NCBI GenBank assembly: GCA_965208615.1
Contig: CBDBPB010000004.1
Span: 224,001-288,000, forward strand
Source of the DNA: Spirochaetota bacterium
GTDB taxonomy: Bacteria > Spirochaetota > UBA6919 > CBDBPB01
Reading direction: 5' to 3'
DNA: 64,000 bases
Numbering within the stretch: the first letter of the stretch is position 1; each line of letters starts with the position of its first letter. The notes under the pieces are model-generated. The model saw only the letters and a program-made list of their open reading frames with translations. It ran no database searches and was not told the DNA's origin. Shown here piece by piece: positions 29,590 to 39,069 of the stretch. The position numbers were made by a program, and so were the translations under genes.

Positions 29590-31545
29590 TTATACTCCCA
29601 TTCGATTAATAATGGTATCAAGCATCCTGTCAATAAAGGTAATAAACCTTGCAGATGCACTATATCCATGTTGATAAGCGACAAGAGCAGACATCTCCTC
29701 GTCAATATTAACCCCAGATATAGATTCACGGGTATTTAAAAGGTTATGCATAATAGCCTCTTCTTTTTTCAGTTCAAGAACAGCATTTTGAGTAGTACTA
29801 GCCAAAGATTGCAAGTTATCATCCAAATATGATTTAAAGCTTTTTGAGTTCTTATCCAGCATAACAGCGTCATGATCAATAGACTTTAATACTCCAAGTT
29901 TATTATGTTCATTCTCACTAACCAAAGCGGCCAATATCCTAAGGGCATTAGTACCATCATTCTCGCCAGTAACCCTATCAGCTATACCATCCCCATCGTT
30001 ATCCTTAGCACCAGCAGCAGCTATATTGTTAACCTCTATTTTAATGGCCTCATCCAGTGCAATCCAGCTGGACGGATGTGAAAAAGGTGATCTTGAATAA
30101 TTTTCCTCAAGACCTTTTAATTTACTAACCTCATTAGTCCTATTCCAGTCAAAGGCACCTTCTACACCACTATTCTCGAGTAGACCTGTAAAACCGGTTA
30201 AGAAGTTTCCACTATCTTCCATATGCCGTATAACAAAGTCCTTGAACTGCGGATCAGATGACTTAGTCGCCTTTAAGGTCAACTGACCCTTATGATTAAG
30301 ATAGGCAACAACATCTGCACCAGAATTATTAATCTTATTGATAACATCACCAACACTATCACTATTATAATAGTTCACCACAATGTCAGAGCCTTTATTA
30401 GTCCCAAGATTAATAATACCGTTAGAGCCGACAATATCATTCTTTTTCAGAGATAGTGTACCACTAACTTTATATATTCCAGTTGAGTCATAGACTCCAT
30501 CGGCGTTTTTATCAAAGTCACCGTTTATACTGGCATTAGTAATATAGTTTTGCTTAAAAAAGTTAGTCTTGGTATTATTATTAAGTCCAAAGCCGTCCCT
30601 ATGTATCTCATTAACGGTTTCAATTAGGTTTATAGCAAAGTTATCCAGTTGGACTATCTGACTCTTAATATCAATATCTCTAATATCCATGAGTCCAGCG
30701 ATTTCACCTTTTTTTATCTGTATATCAGAGCTATCGCTTTCCCACACGATCTTAGCCATACCATCATTATTATAATTATCCTCAACTTTAAGGTTATAAT
30801 ACTTATCCCCCTGAACAATTCTCTCAGCCCCAATGTATACAATAAACTCATCCTCATCGCCTCTAGCAACACGAACATCCATTAAATCAGCCATTTTATC
30901 AACAAGAGCATCCCTTTTATCCATTAGATCATTGGGATTATCGCCAACAGCCTTAGAAGTTCTTATTTCTTTATTTAAATCGGCAATTTGTTTTATAAAA
31001 TTGTTAACCTCTGTCACTTTAGCCCTTATTATATTATCAGCATTATTCCGTAGAGTATGTAGGTTATCATATGAGCTACGTATATCATGAGTTAGTGCAT
31101 TAGCTTTTTCTCTAAGAGCCTCTCTTGAACCGCCTTCTGTTGGATAGTTAGCTACCCTATTCCAGGAGTCAACAAACTTTTGGAATCCATTTTTTAAAGA
31201 AGCTAATGACGGCTCATTATTTAGTGATTCTATCTGTCTAAGAAAGAAGTCTTTTTGCTTCCAATAGCCTAAGGAGCCTTTTTCATCAATAATTCGATTA
31301 TCTATAAAACTATCCCTTACTCTCAATATCTGCTGAACATTAGCACCACTGCCAATCTGTCCAGCAGTCTCATCTCTATTTAGGGATGGATTATATATAG
31401 GTAAAGTTGCCTCAATAGAAACCTTTTGCCTTGAGTAATTAGGATTATTAACATTAGCGAGGTTATGTCCGGTAGTATTAAGAGCAGACTGATGTGCAAC
31501 TATACCCCTTTTACCTAGTTCTATACCGTGAAAAGTTGATATCAT
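29590..31545 (-). CDS. flgK: Flagellar hook-associated protein 1
   Basis: STFHGIELGKRG, GHNLAN...YSRQ, PNDLMDKRD, SGVNIDEEM, YQHGYSASAR. Confidence 0.95.
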   Translation of the reverse strand: MISTFHGIELGKRGIVAHQSALNTTGHNLANVNNPNYSRQKVSIEATLPIYNPSLNRDETAGQIGSGANVQQILRVRDSFIDNRIIDEKGSLGYWKQKDFFLRQIESLNNEPSLASLKNGFQKFVDSWNRVANYPTEGGSREALREKANALTHDIRSSYDNLHTLRNNADNIIRAKVTEVNNFIKQIADLNKEIRTSKAVGDNPNDLMDKRDALVDKMADLMDVRVARGDEDEFIVYIGAERIVQGDKYYNLKVEDNYNNDGMAKIVWESDSSDIQIKKGEIAGLMDIRDIDIKSQIVQLDNFAINLIETVNEIHRDGFGLNNNTKTNFFKQNYITNASINGDFDKNADGVYDSTGIYKVSGTLSLKKNDIVGSNGIINLGTNKGSDIVVNYYNSDSVGDVINKINNSGADVVAYLNHKGQLTLKATKSSDPQFKDFVIRHMEDSGNFLTGFTGLLENSGVEGAFDWNRTNEVSKLKGLEENYSRSPFSHPSSWIALDEAIKIEVNNIAAAGAKDNDGDGIADRVTGENDGTNALRILAALVSENEHNKLGVLKSIDHDAVMLDKNSKSFKSYLDDNLQSLASTTQNAVLELKKEEAIMHNLLNTRESISGVNIDEEMSALVAYQHGYSASARFITFIDRMLDTIINRMGV

Positions 31546-31577
31546 AATAAAAGCTCCATAATGCAGTTTTTAATAAG

Positions 31578-32084
31578 TTAAATTACAGCGTTCACAATTA
31601 AGGATTTACACCTTTTAGAATCTGACATTTTACTACCATAGTTTGTCTCTAGGTTTTGCTCTTTGGTAAAGAGGTCTATGGAGTATCCAACAATCTTAAT
31701 AAGGTCATTTAGTATAATTTTATTTGTATCAGATAAACTTTTAATATCCACAGTTATTTTTTTTAATATTTGTCTTTTTTCTAATAAGTTACTCTTATCA
31801 TCATGAGACAGGTTATTAGCAAGCTCCCTTAGAGTTATAGACCTATTATTATAGAACTGCCCGAATTGGTTTAATATAATTTCTCTTTTTTGTTCAAAGG
31901 ATGCCTGTTTTATAAGTAGCTTTTCCAGGCATTCATTTTGAGGACTAAGATCAATTAGTTTTTTTGTACTGAGAAGGTTAAATTTATCCTCTTCTATTTT
32001 TTTAATTTGTCCTAGATTTTCTATTTCTTTATTTAGTATATCAACAAGGGAGATAACTAGTTTTTCAAAGCTGTTATCGGTCAT
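31578..32084 (-). CDS. flgN: Flagellar export chaperone FlgN
   Basis: Helical 168-aa protein directly upstream of flgK; FlgN-like pattern (EQKR...ITLRELA...NKIIL). Confidence 0.7.
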   Translation of the reverse strand: MTDNSFEKLVISLVDILNKEIENLGQIKKIEEDKFNLLSTKKLIDLSPQNECLEKLLIKQASFEQKREIILNQFGQFYNNRSITLRELANNLSHDDKSNLLEKRQILKKITVDIKSLSDTNKIILNDLIKIVGYSIDLFTKEQNLETNYGSKMSDSKRCKSLIVNAVI

Positions 32085-32155
32085 AACACCTCACTTTTGG
32101 GGTAATTATTTTATACCAGGCACGGAATGTGCAGACAACACTTATTATGTTAGGG

Positions 32156-32182
32156 TTATCGGTTAAGTTGGCAATGGATTTA
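32156..32182 (-). promoter_or_regulatory. Sigma28 (FliA/SigD) promoter of flgN-flgK-flgL-fliW-csrA
   Basis: Minus strand TAAA-N15-ACCGATAA, one mismatch to TAAA-N15-GCCGATAA, about 70 bp upstream of flgN. Confidence 0.8.
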
Positions 32183-32611
32183 ATGGATTTAAAAAAAAAC
32201 AAATATTAAATGATAACGTAGTATAAAAGCCATTCTTAGATGTTATAGGCTTCCTATTAGGTTTTTGTAAAGGGGTTGCGAGATGCTGTTATTTTTTATA
32301 ACAGTTAACTTATTGATCAAGCTAAATAGTGAAATTAAGAATCCTCACTATTATATCCATTGAGACAACAAATAATAAGCTTTTTTAAAAAGTCAAATTA
32401 TCTCCAAAGCTCTTTTTATTTTATAAAAATTGAACATAGTTAATATAATATAGTTTTTATGTTTAGTAATTGTTATATGTTAACATTGGGTTATAATTAT
32501 AAATAGAAAGGTATCTTAAGCGGTTTACAAGTTTAAAAAAATTGGATTATAGATAGTTATTATAAACAAGAAAATACCTAATAAGCTAAAATAAAAAGCA
32601 AGGAGAATATC

Positions 32612-33008
32612 ATGAAACTAAAAATATTTACAATCCTTATAATAGGGAGTTTTTTTCTTGTAATTGGCTGTGGTGGCAATAATAGCGTATCCCAATAATG
32701 GGGAAACATGGGCTACAAAGTCTAGCGGTATAACTACTTCTCTCAATAGCATAGCCTATGGTAATAACACATGGATTGCAATAGGGAGTAATGGTGTGAT
32801 CTTAACATCCCCAGACACTGAGACATGGACTCAAAAAACTAGTGGAATAAGTACAATCCTCCGTAAAATAGCCTATAATAATAATATGTGGGTTATAGTA
32901 GGTGATGGGGGAGTTATTTTAACCTCTACCGACGGAGATACATGGACTACACTTACTAGCGGCACAACTCAAGGACTTTATAAAATACTATGCAATCCAA
33001 GTTTATAA
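32612..33008 (+). pseudogene. Lipoprotein with BNR/beta-propeller-like repeats, frameshifted at CCC 32691-32693
   Basis: AGGAG RBS + ATG 32612 MKLKIFTILIIGSFFLVIGC lipobox; removing one C joins to SNNGETWATK...LNSIAYGNNTWIAIGSNGVILTSPD repeats of ORF 32664-33008. Confidence 0.7.
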
Positions 33009-33044
33009 AAACTATTTTACCTTAAAAAATATTTAAATATTAAT

Positions 33045-33086
33045 AAAAAGCTTTCTTTTATATTAAAAAAGAAAGCTTTTTTTTTT
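33045..33086 (+). terminator. Intrinsic terminator
   Basis: AAAAAGCTTTCTTTT-loop-AAAAGAAAGCTTTTT followed by T-run. Confidence 0.75.
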
Positions 33087-33097
33087 ACCTTATAACT

Positions 33098-34870
33098 ATG
33101 GATAATTATTACTTCTGGTTCGAAACTAACCAAATTGATGATCATAATTATTTGTCATATTACTTTTATAATCCCGTTGAGGTTATTGTACTCTGGCATG
33201 AAAAAGATTTAGTGGGTTTTTTTGGACTCTTAGAAAAACTAACTAAAACTTATTATGTTGCTGGTTATCTATCCTATGAAATGGGTTATCTATTCGAAAA
33301 AAAGCTGTCTCACAAACAGACTAACTATCCACTCGCTATTTTTTGTGCCTATGACAAACCTATTATATATGATCATCGTAAAAAAAGCTTTACAAGAGGA
33401 TCTTTTAGTTATCCTCAGGCCGACTTGCATTATAGCCTTAAAAACATAAAATGGAATACAACTAAAAAGGACTACTATAAAAACATCCATAAAATAAAGA
33501 GCCACATTATAGCTGGGGACGTTTATCAGGTTAACTATACCACAAAGTATAGCTTTGACTTTGAAGGCTCAGCCATTGGACTATATCTAAACTTGAAGCA
33601 GAGGCAAAAAGTATCATATAACGTTTTTGCTAAGCTCGATGATTTTTATATATTATCGTTATCCCCCGAGTTATTTTTCTCTTTGGATGATAATATCATA
33701 AAGCTAAAGCCCATGAAAGGCACTATAACACGGGGTCGTAGTTTAAAAGAGGATAAAAATAACATAGACTTTCTTATTGGCGACGAGAAAAACAAAAGTG
33801 AGAACATAATGATTGTTGACCTTATCAGAAACGACATAGGACGAGTTTCCGATTATGGTTCTGTTAGGGTAGACAGTCTTTTGGATGTTGAAAAGTATAA
33901 CACATTATTCCAAATGACATCATCCATTGAGGCTAGGCTTAATGACATTAGTTATTTTGATTTATTTAGGGCTATATTCCCGTCTGGTTCTATAACTGGT
34001 GCACCTAAAATACGCAGTATGGAGATTATAAAAGAGATAGAGCATAATCCAAGGAATATATATACTGGTTCAATAGGTTTTTTTGAGCCTGGGCATAAGG
34101 CTATGTTCAACGTTGCAATTAGGACTTTGTTAATAAGGGATAATAGGGCTGAGTTTGGTGTAGGAGGGGGTATTGTTTACGATTCTATAAGCGAAAATGA
34201 GTTAAGGGAGTGTAGGCTTAAGACACAGTTTATAAAAAAAAGGAATACCATTAATTTTAGTTTAATTGAGACCATTAATTTTAATAAGGGATTATATGAA
34301 CATCTTGATTTACATTTAGATCGTTTATCAGAGTCGGCTTTATACTTTGATTTTAGCTATAACGTTGATAGGATAATGGATGAGCTTATTAAGAGAAAGT
34401 TTAGTTTAAAGGATTATCAATATAGGATTAGATTTTTGCTCCATAGTGACGGCAGTTTTGACATTGAATCTCATAAAGTGGATAATTTACCTAATGAATA
34501 CAGGATTGGTATATCCAGCCATATTATTGACAGTACTAATTTATTTTACTTTCATAAAACCACAAACCGTAAGTTATATAATGCTGAGCTTAAGAGGGCC
34601 AGGGATAATAATCTATTCGACGTTATTTTTCTTAATGAGAAGTCTGAGCTTACTGAAGGTACAATTAGCAATTTGTATGTTAGGCTGGATGGGATTATAT
34701 ATACGCCGCCTATTAGCAGTGGTCTTTTGGATGGGATAATCAGACGGATTATGATTGACAAAGGTAAAGTGATAGAGAAAGTTTTAGTTAAGGATGACAT
34801 TTTAAAAGCTGATGATATTTACATATCCAATTCTATTATAGGTTTTAGGTCTGCGATTTTATCCTTGTGA
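33098..34870 (+). CDS. pabB: Aminodeoxychorismate synthase component I fused to aminotransferase class IV (PabB-PabC-type fusion)
   Basis: GDVYQVN, SPELF, PMKGT, ENIMIVDLIRND, FPSGSITGAPK, NVAIRT, GGGIV; C-terminal HKTTNR, TEGTISN, GLLDGIIR. Confidence 0.92.
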   Translation: MDNYYFWFETNQIDDHNYLSYYFYNPVEVIVLWHEKDLVGFFGLLEKLTKTYYVAGYLSYEMGYLFEKKLSHKQTNYPLAIFCAYDKPIIYDHRKKSFTRGSFSYPQADLHYSLKNIKWNTTKKDYYKNIHKIKSHIIAGDVYQVNYTTKYSFDFEGSAIGLYLNLKQRQKVSYNVFAKLDDFYILSLSPELFFSLDDNIIKLKPMKGTITRGRSLKEDKNNIDFLIGDEKNKSENIMIVDLIRNDIGRVSDYGSVRVDSLLDVEKYNTLFQMTSSIEARLNDISYFDLFRAIFPSGSITGAPKIRSMEIIKEIEHNPRNIYTGSIGFFEPGHKAMFNVAIRTLLIRDNRAEFGVGGGIVYDSISENELRECRLKTQFIKKRNTINFSLIETINFNKGLYEHLDLHLDRLSESALYFDFSYNVDRIMDELIKRKFSLKDYQYRIRFLLHSDGSFDIESHKVDNLPNEYRIGISSHIIDSTNLFYFHKTTNRKLYNAELKRARDNNLFDVIFLNEKSELTEGTISNLYVRLDGIIYTPPISSGLLDGIIRRIMIDKGKVIEKVLVKDDILKADDIYISNSIIGFRSAILSL

Positions 34871-34895
34871 TTATTTTTTCAGTGGAGTTTAAAAT

Positions 34896-34920
34896 CAAAA
34901 TGATAAATTTTGTCATTTTG
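34896..34920. terminator. Hairpin between convergent genes
   Basis: CAAAATGATAA-att-TTGTCATTTTG near-perfect inverted repeat. Confidence 0.5.
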
Positions 34921-34932
34921 GTCTACAATATA

Positions 34933-35601
34933 CTAATTATTTAATGCTTTTTTAAAGCGTCTTAGGCTATTGTTAAAATCTTTGTTATTGGGTTCCATTT
35001 TAACCACCTTTTCTTGTATCTCAACTGCTTTTTTATAGTTTTTATTAACGAAATAAGCTTCAGCAAGGGTATCCAAAACAAAAGGATTATTATCTGATAG
35101 GTCCACCGCTTTTTTAGCGTACTCCAACGCTTTTTTGGGATTACGATATTTATAATCCTTTGCAGTAGCATAAAGCCAAGCAAGAGCATTATAAGGTAAA
35201 TAATTATCATTATCCTTATCCACAAGGGTTTTAAGGTAAAAAAGAGACTTTTTATACTCTTCAATCTCGTAATATATTGATCCAATAAAGAAATAAGCTC
35301 CTTTATTATCAGGATCATAATCTATTACCTTGTTAAAATGGTAAAGAGATAGACTAAGACTATTTTGCAAAAATAAAAACTGTCCCAATAAATAGTGAGC
35401 CTTAGTATTACTTTCATCCTCTTTCAATGCCTCATTCAGATAGGACAACACTATATTTTTATTCTCTTTGCTAATGGGAATATGACCGCTTCTCATTTGC
35501 TTAATATAGGCCTCAGCTATATATATATTGGACATCACCCTATTTTTTGAACAGCCTATTATGAATAATACAAATATAATTAATATTAGTTTAACTTTCA
35601 T
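34933..35601 (-). CDS. TPR-repeat lipoprotein
   Basis: Lipobox IIGC; TPR-like AHYLLG, AYFFIG, YNALAWLYA, LDTLAEAY. Confidence 0.85.
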   Translation of the reverse strand: MKVKLILIIFVLFIIGCSKNRVMSNIYIAEAYIKQMRSGHIPISKENKNIVLSYLNEALKEDESNTKAHYLLGQFLFLQNSLSLSLYHFNKVIDYDPDNKGAYFFIGSIYYEIEEYKKSLFYLKTLVDKDNDNYLPYNALAWLYATAKDYKYRNPKKALEYAKKAVDLSDNNPFVLDTLAEAYFVNKNYKKAVEIQEKVVKMEPNNKDFNNSLRRFKKALNN

Positions 35602-35603
35602 AT

Positions 35604-36512
35604 TTACGTTATTAGTGATCCAATAAGGGATTTAATATCATTAAAGCTATGCTTTATGCAGTATTGTTTAATATCCTCAATTATCTGTATAGAACTAAGA
35701 GGATTAATAAAATTAGCTGTTCCAACCTGAATAGCAGAGGCACCTGCAATAATAAACTCCATAGCGTCATTACCGTTCATAATCCCCCCTATCCCTATGA
35801 CTGGTATTTTAACGCTATTAACAGCCTCCCAGACCATCCTAAGGGCAATAGGCCTAATAGCAGGGCCAGATAAACCTCCTATTTTATTAGCCAATATAGG
35901 TTTTCTGTTTTCTATATCTATAGCCATGGCGGATATAGTATTTATTAGTGATAGTGCATCAGCACCCTCATACTCGGCTATCTTAGCCATTTCACTTATG
36001 CTGGTTACATTTGGGGACAGCTTTACAATTAGAGTAAGATTAGTCATTTTTCTTATGGACCTAACTAATCCCGATAACACCTCTGGATCAGTGCCAAAAG
36101 ACATCCCTCCAGCCTTTATATTAGGACAGGATACATTTAGCTCTAACCCAGATATACCGCTAATAGCATTTAACCTCTCACAGGCCTTTTCGTACTCATA
36201 ATTAGACCTACCCCAAAAGTTAACTATTATAGGTACGTCATATCCCCTTAGAATAGGCATCTTATCCTTTTCAAAACTGTCTATACCTATTCCCTGCAAA
36301 CCTATAGAATTTAACATACCACACGGAGTCTCAACAATCCGTATAGGCGGATTACCCCCTTGTGGATCAATATGCAGTCCTTTTACGGATATAGCCCCTA
36401 ATTTACTTATATCTAATATATCTATAAACTCAGTACCATAGCCAAAAGTACCAGAAGCAGATATTACCGGATTCTTTAAATTAATCCTGCCTATTTGTAT
36501 ACTTAAGTCCAT
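35604..36512 (-). CDS. pyrD: Dihydroorotate dehydrogenase, family 1 catalytic subunit
   Basis: NPVISASGTFG, MLNSIGLQ, ELNVSCPN, KLSPN, INT, GGLSG, QVGTANF. Confidence 0.95.
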   Translation of the reverse strand: MDLSIQIGRINLKNPVISASGTFGYGTEFIDILDISKLGAISVKGLHIDPQGGNPPIRIVETPCGMLNSIGLQGIGIDSFEKDKMPILRGYDVPIIVNFWGRSNYEYEKACERLNAISGISGLELNVSCPNIKAGGMSFGTDPEVLSGLVRSIRKMTNLTLIVKLSPNVTSISEMAKIAEYEGADALSLINTISAMAIDIENRKPILANKIGGLSGPAIRPIALRMVWEAVNSVKIPVIGIGGIMNGNDAMEFIIAGASAIQVGTANFINPLSSIQIIEDIKQYCIKHSFNDIKSLIGSLIT

Positions 36513-36536
36513 ATCAACCCTAAAAATATACCATTA

Positions 36537-37637
36537 CTAAACGTTAAATCTAAAATGTACTATATCCCCATCTTTTATGATATAGTCTTTGCCTTCTATA
36601 CGCAGTTTCCCATTTTGTCTAGCGTTATTGTATGAGCCTTTAGCATTTATAAAATCGTCATAACCTATAACTTCAGCCCTTATAAATCCTTTTTCAAAGT
36701 CGCTGTGTATTTTACCAGCCGCTTTACTTGCAGAAGTACCCTTTTTTATTGTCCATCCTCTACACTCTTTTTCACCAGCAGTAAAAAAACTTATTAGTCC
36801 TAATAGGCTGTATCCTTTATTGATTAACTGTTTTAGACCAGACTCATCTATACCCATATCTTCTAAATATTCCTTAGCCTCACTATTTGTTAGGCTGGTT
36901 AGCTCTTCTTCGATTTTAGCCGATAAACTAATAAGTTCAAAGTTTTTATCTTTAGTATAAGATAACAACTTATCATAAAAGGAATAACTATTAACTGATG
37001 AAATCTGATCCTCTCCTAGATTAGCAACGATTATCATAGGTTTAAGGCTTAGTAGTCTATATTCCTTTAAAAAGCCCTTTTCAGAATCGGTAAACAACAT
37101 ATTATTAGTAGTTTTTTCGTTATTAATTAGCTCTTCCAGCTTTTCGACAAGTCTAATTTCTTTATCAGCCTCTTTTTTACCCACTTTTCTATTTTTGTTC
37201 AGCCTAACTTTTCTATTATTCAGCGTATCAAGATCTTTAAGGCGTAGCTCGGTTAATATAATTTCTATATCCCTTATTGGATCAACCTTATCTATGTGAA
37301 CAATATCAGGATCATCAAATAATCTAACAATCTGTGCAATAGCCTCTACATCTTTTATATGAGCAAGAAATTGGTTGCCAAGACCTTGTCCTTCGCTTGC
37401 ACCCTTTATTAAGCCAGCTATATCTGTAAAGTTCATATAAGTGGGAATAACACTTTTAGGTTTAACATATTGTGCTATTTCATATAGTCTATTATCAGGT
37501 AGAGCAACAACTCCAATGTTAGCATCTATAGTGCAAAAGGGATAGTTTGAACTCTCTACCTTAGACTTAGTTAGAGCATTAAACAAAGTTGACTTTCCAA
37601 CATTGGGTAGTCCTACTATTCCGCATGAGAATCCCAT
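36537..37637 (-). CDS. ychF: Redox-regulated ATPase YchF
   Basis: GIVGLPNVGKSTLFN, NYPFCTI, DIAGL, GLGNQFL, AGKIHSDFEKGFIRAE, FRFNV. Confidence 0.97.
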   Translation of the reverse strand: MGFSCGIVGLPNVGKSTLFNALTKSKVESSNYPFCTIDANIGVVALPDNRLYEIAQYVKPKSVIPTYMNFTDIAGLIKGASEGQGLGNQFLAHIKDVEAIAQIVRLFDDPDIVHIDKVDPIRDIEIILTELRLKDLDTLNNRKVRLNKNRKVGKKEADKEIRLVEKLEELINNEKTTNNMLFTDSEKGFLKEYRLLSLKPMIIVANLGEDQISSVNSYSFYDKLLSYTKDKNFELISLSAKIEEELTSLTNSEAKEYLEDMGIDESGLKQLINKGYSLLGLISFFTAGEKECRGWTIKKGTSASKAAGKIHSDFEKGFIRAEVIGYDDFINAKGSYNNARQNGKLRIEGKDYIIKDGDIVHFRFNV

Positions 37638-37789
37638 AAATTACCTCTTAAATATATTTTATATAGGTTAACGTTTTATTTTGATTTAAAGGTTTTTTTT
37701 AGTAGCTTTTAATAAGGATTTTTATTTTGCATAAAAATAATAAAGTATACAATTTAATAACATAATAAAATTAATCCCACATAAAGGAT

Positions 37790-38145
37790 TATAATTTACT
37801 ATAATTATAATTTACTATAAAAAGAATAAACTGCCATATCATTATGGTATTTTAGCTTTTAACAAGGGTTTTATCCTTAGACTTACTATTTACCAAGCTC
37901 TTTTTTAGTATCCTCGCAACAGTAGGCCTACTAACACCGGTTACTCTAACAATACCTCTTTGGGATAAGTTTTCTTGATACAGCTTTTCAATTAACTTGG
38001 ACTTTTCTTCTAGTTCCTCTTTTTTTAGGTTAAGGGTACCATAAAAATTACAGTCCTTACAGTGGTATTTCTGCCTTCCCGATTTAGTATGTCCATTTCT
38101 CCTTATGTTATAACCCTCGCACCTTCTACAAATCATACTGATCAT
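37790..38145 (-). mobile_element. IS1-family remnant: InsA-like zinc-ribbon/HTH ORF (37852-38145), catalytic InsB part missing; ends not defined
   Basis: CRRC...RNGHTKSGRQKYHCKDC zinc ribbon, SQRGIVRVTGVSRPTVARILKK HTH, A6G run at ILKK; no DDE domain follows. Confidence 0.75.
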
Positions 38146-38284
38146 AGCATTTAACCCTTTGTTTATTTAAAAGGAAACACCAGTCATGTTAATTTCGTTA
38201 TTTATTATTCTTATATATGTTAAAATTTAGAATAGGAAAAGATTAAGTTGATATGCTCAAAGTTATAGCAAAAAGACTGTATAA

Positions 38285-39019
38285 TTAGTTTTTAACCTTA
38301 AAAAAATTATTATTATTTAAAATAAGTCTATCGTTATCAATAAAATTATAGTTTATAACATTATCCTTATCGACAAATATAAGTTTTAAACTTTCCTTCT
38401 CTTTTGATATAATATATTTCCCTTTTCTAACAACCGGAAGAGGCTTTCTTCTTGTGTTTTCATCTGTCAAAGAAGAACCTATCTTATTATAAACCTTAAT
38501 ATAATTAAAAGAACCGTCATCAAAAAAACTATATTGTTCTTTAAACTCCGATACAATATTTCTCCACTTGCCATATATTCGCTTATCCCAATCCCTTAGT
38601 CTATTTAACTTTTTAGCCTCTTTAAGCCGTCTAACTTTTTCTTTTTCTATCCAGCTATCAGAGTTAAGACTATTGGATAAAAACATATACTTATTATTAT
38701 GGTTATCAGCCAGGTTATTAAACATTATACCAATTTTCAAAATAACTATAATATCATTAAGATTAGCTCGTTTTTCTAGTAATTTATATGCCTTAGTCAA
38801 ACTATATATAGCTTTATCCTTAACCGTATTATGTATTTCTTTATTACCTAGACTTTTTGTAACTATATTCTCTATTGCTTTTAAGCTCTCAATTCTTTTT
38901 TCTATATTGGAATTTGCGTTGATAATATTATTATAATGGTTTTCTATATTTTTATTATAGTCAACCTCTTGGCCGCAGGACAATAACAATAATATATAAA
39001 TAATTGATAAATATCTCAT
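38285..39019 (-). CDS. Hypothetical lipoprotein
   Basis: MRYLSIIYILLLLSC lipobox; C-terminal IYGKW...YSFFDDGSF...GKY beta domain. Confidence 0.7.
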   Translation of the reverse strand: MRYLSIIYILLLLSCGQEVDYNKNIENHYNNIINANSNIEKRIESLKAIENIVTKSLGNKEIHNTVKDKAIYSLTKAYKLLEKRANLNDIIVILKIGIMFNNLADNHNNKYMFLSNSLNSDSWIEKEKVRRLKEAKKLNRLRDWDKRIYGKWRNIVSEFKEQYSFFDDGSFNYIKVYNKIGSSLTDENTRRKPLPVVRKGKYIISKEKESLKLIFVDKDNVINYNFIDNDRLILNNNNFFKVKN

Positions 39020-39069
39020 TTGTACTACTCTTAAATTTGTATTTATTAAGATTTTTAATACTAATAAAA

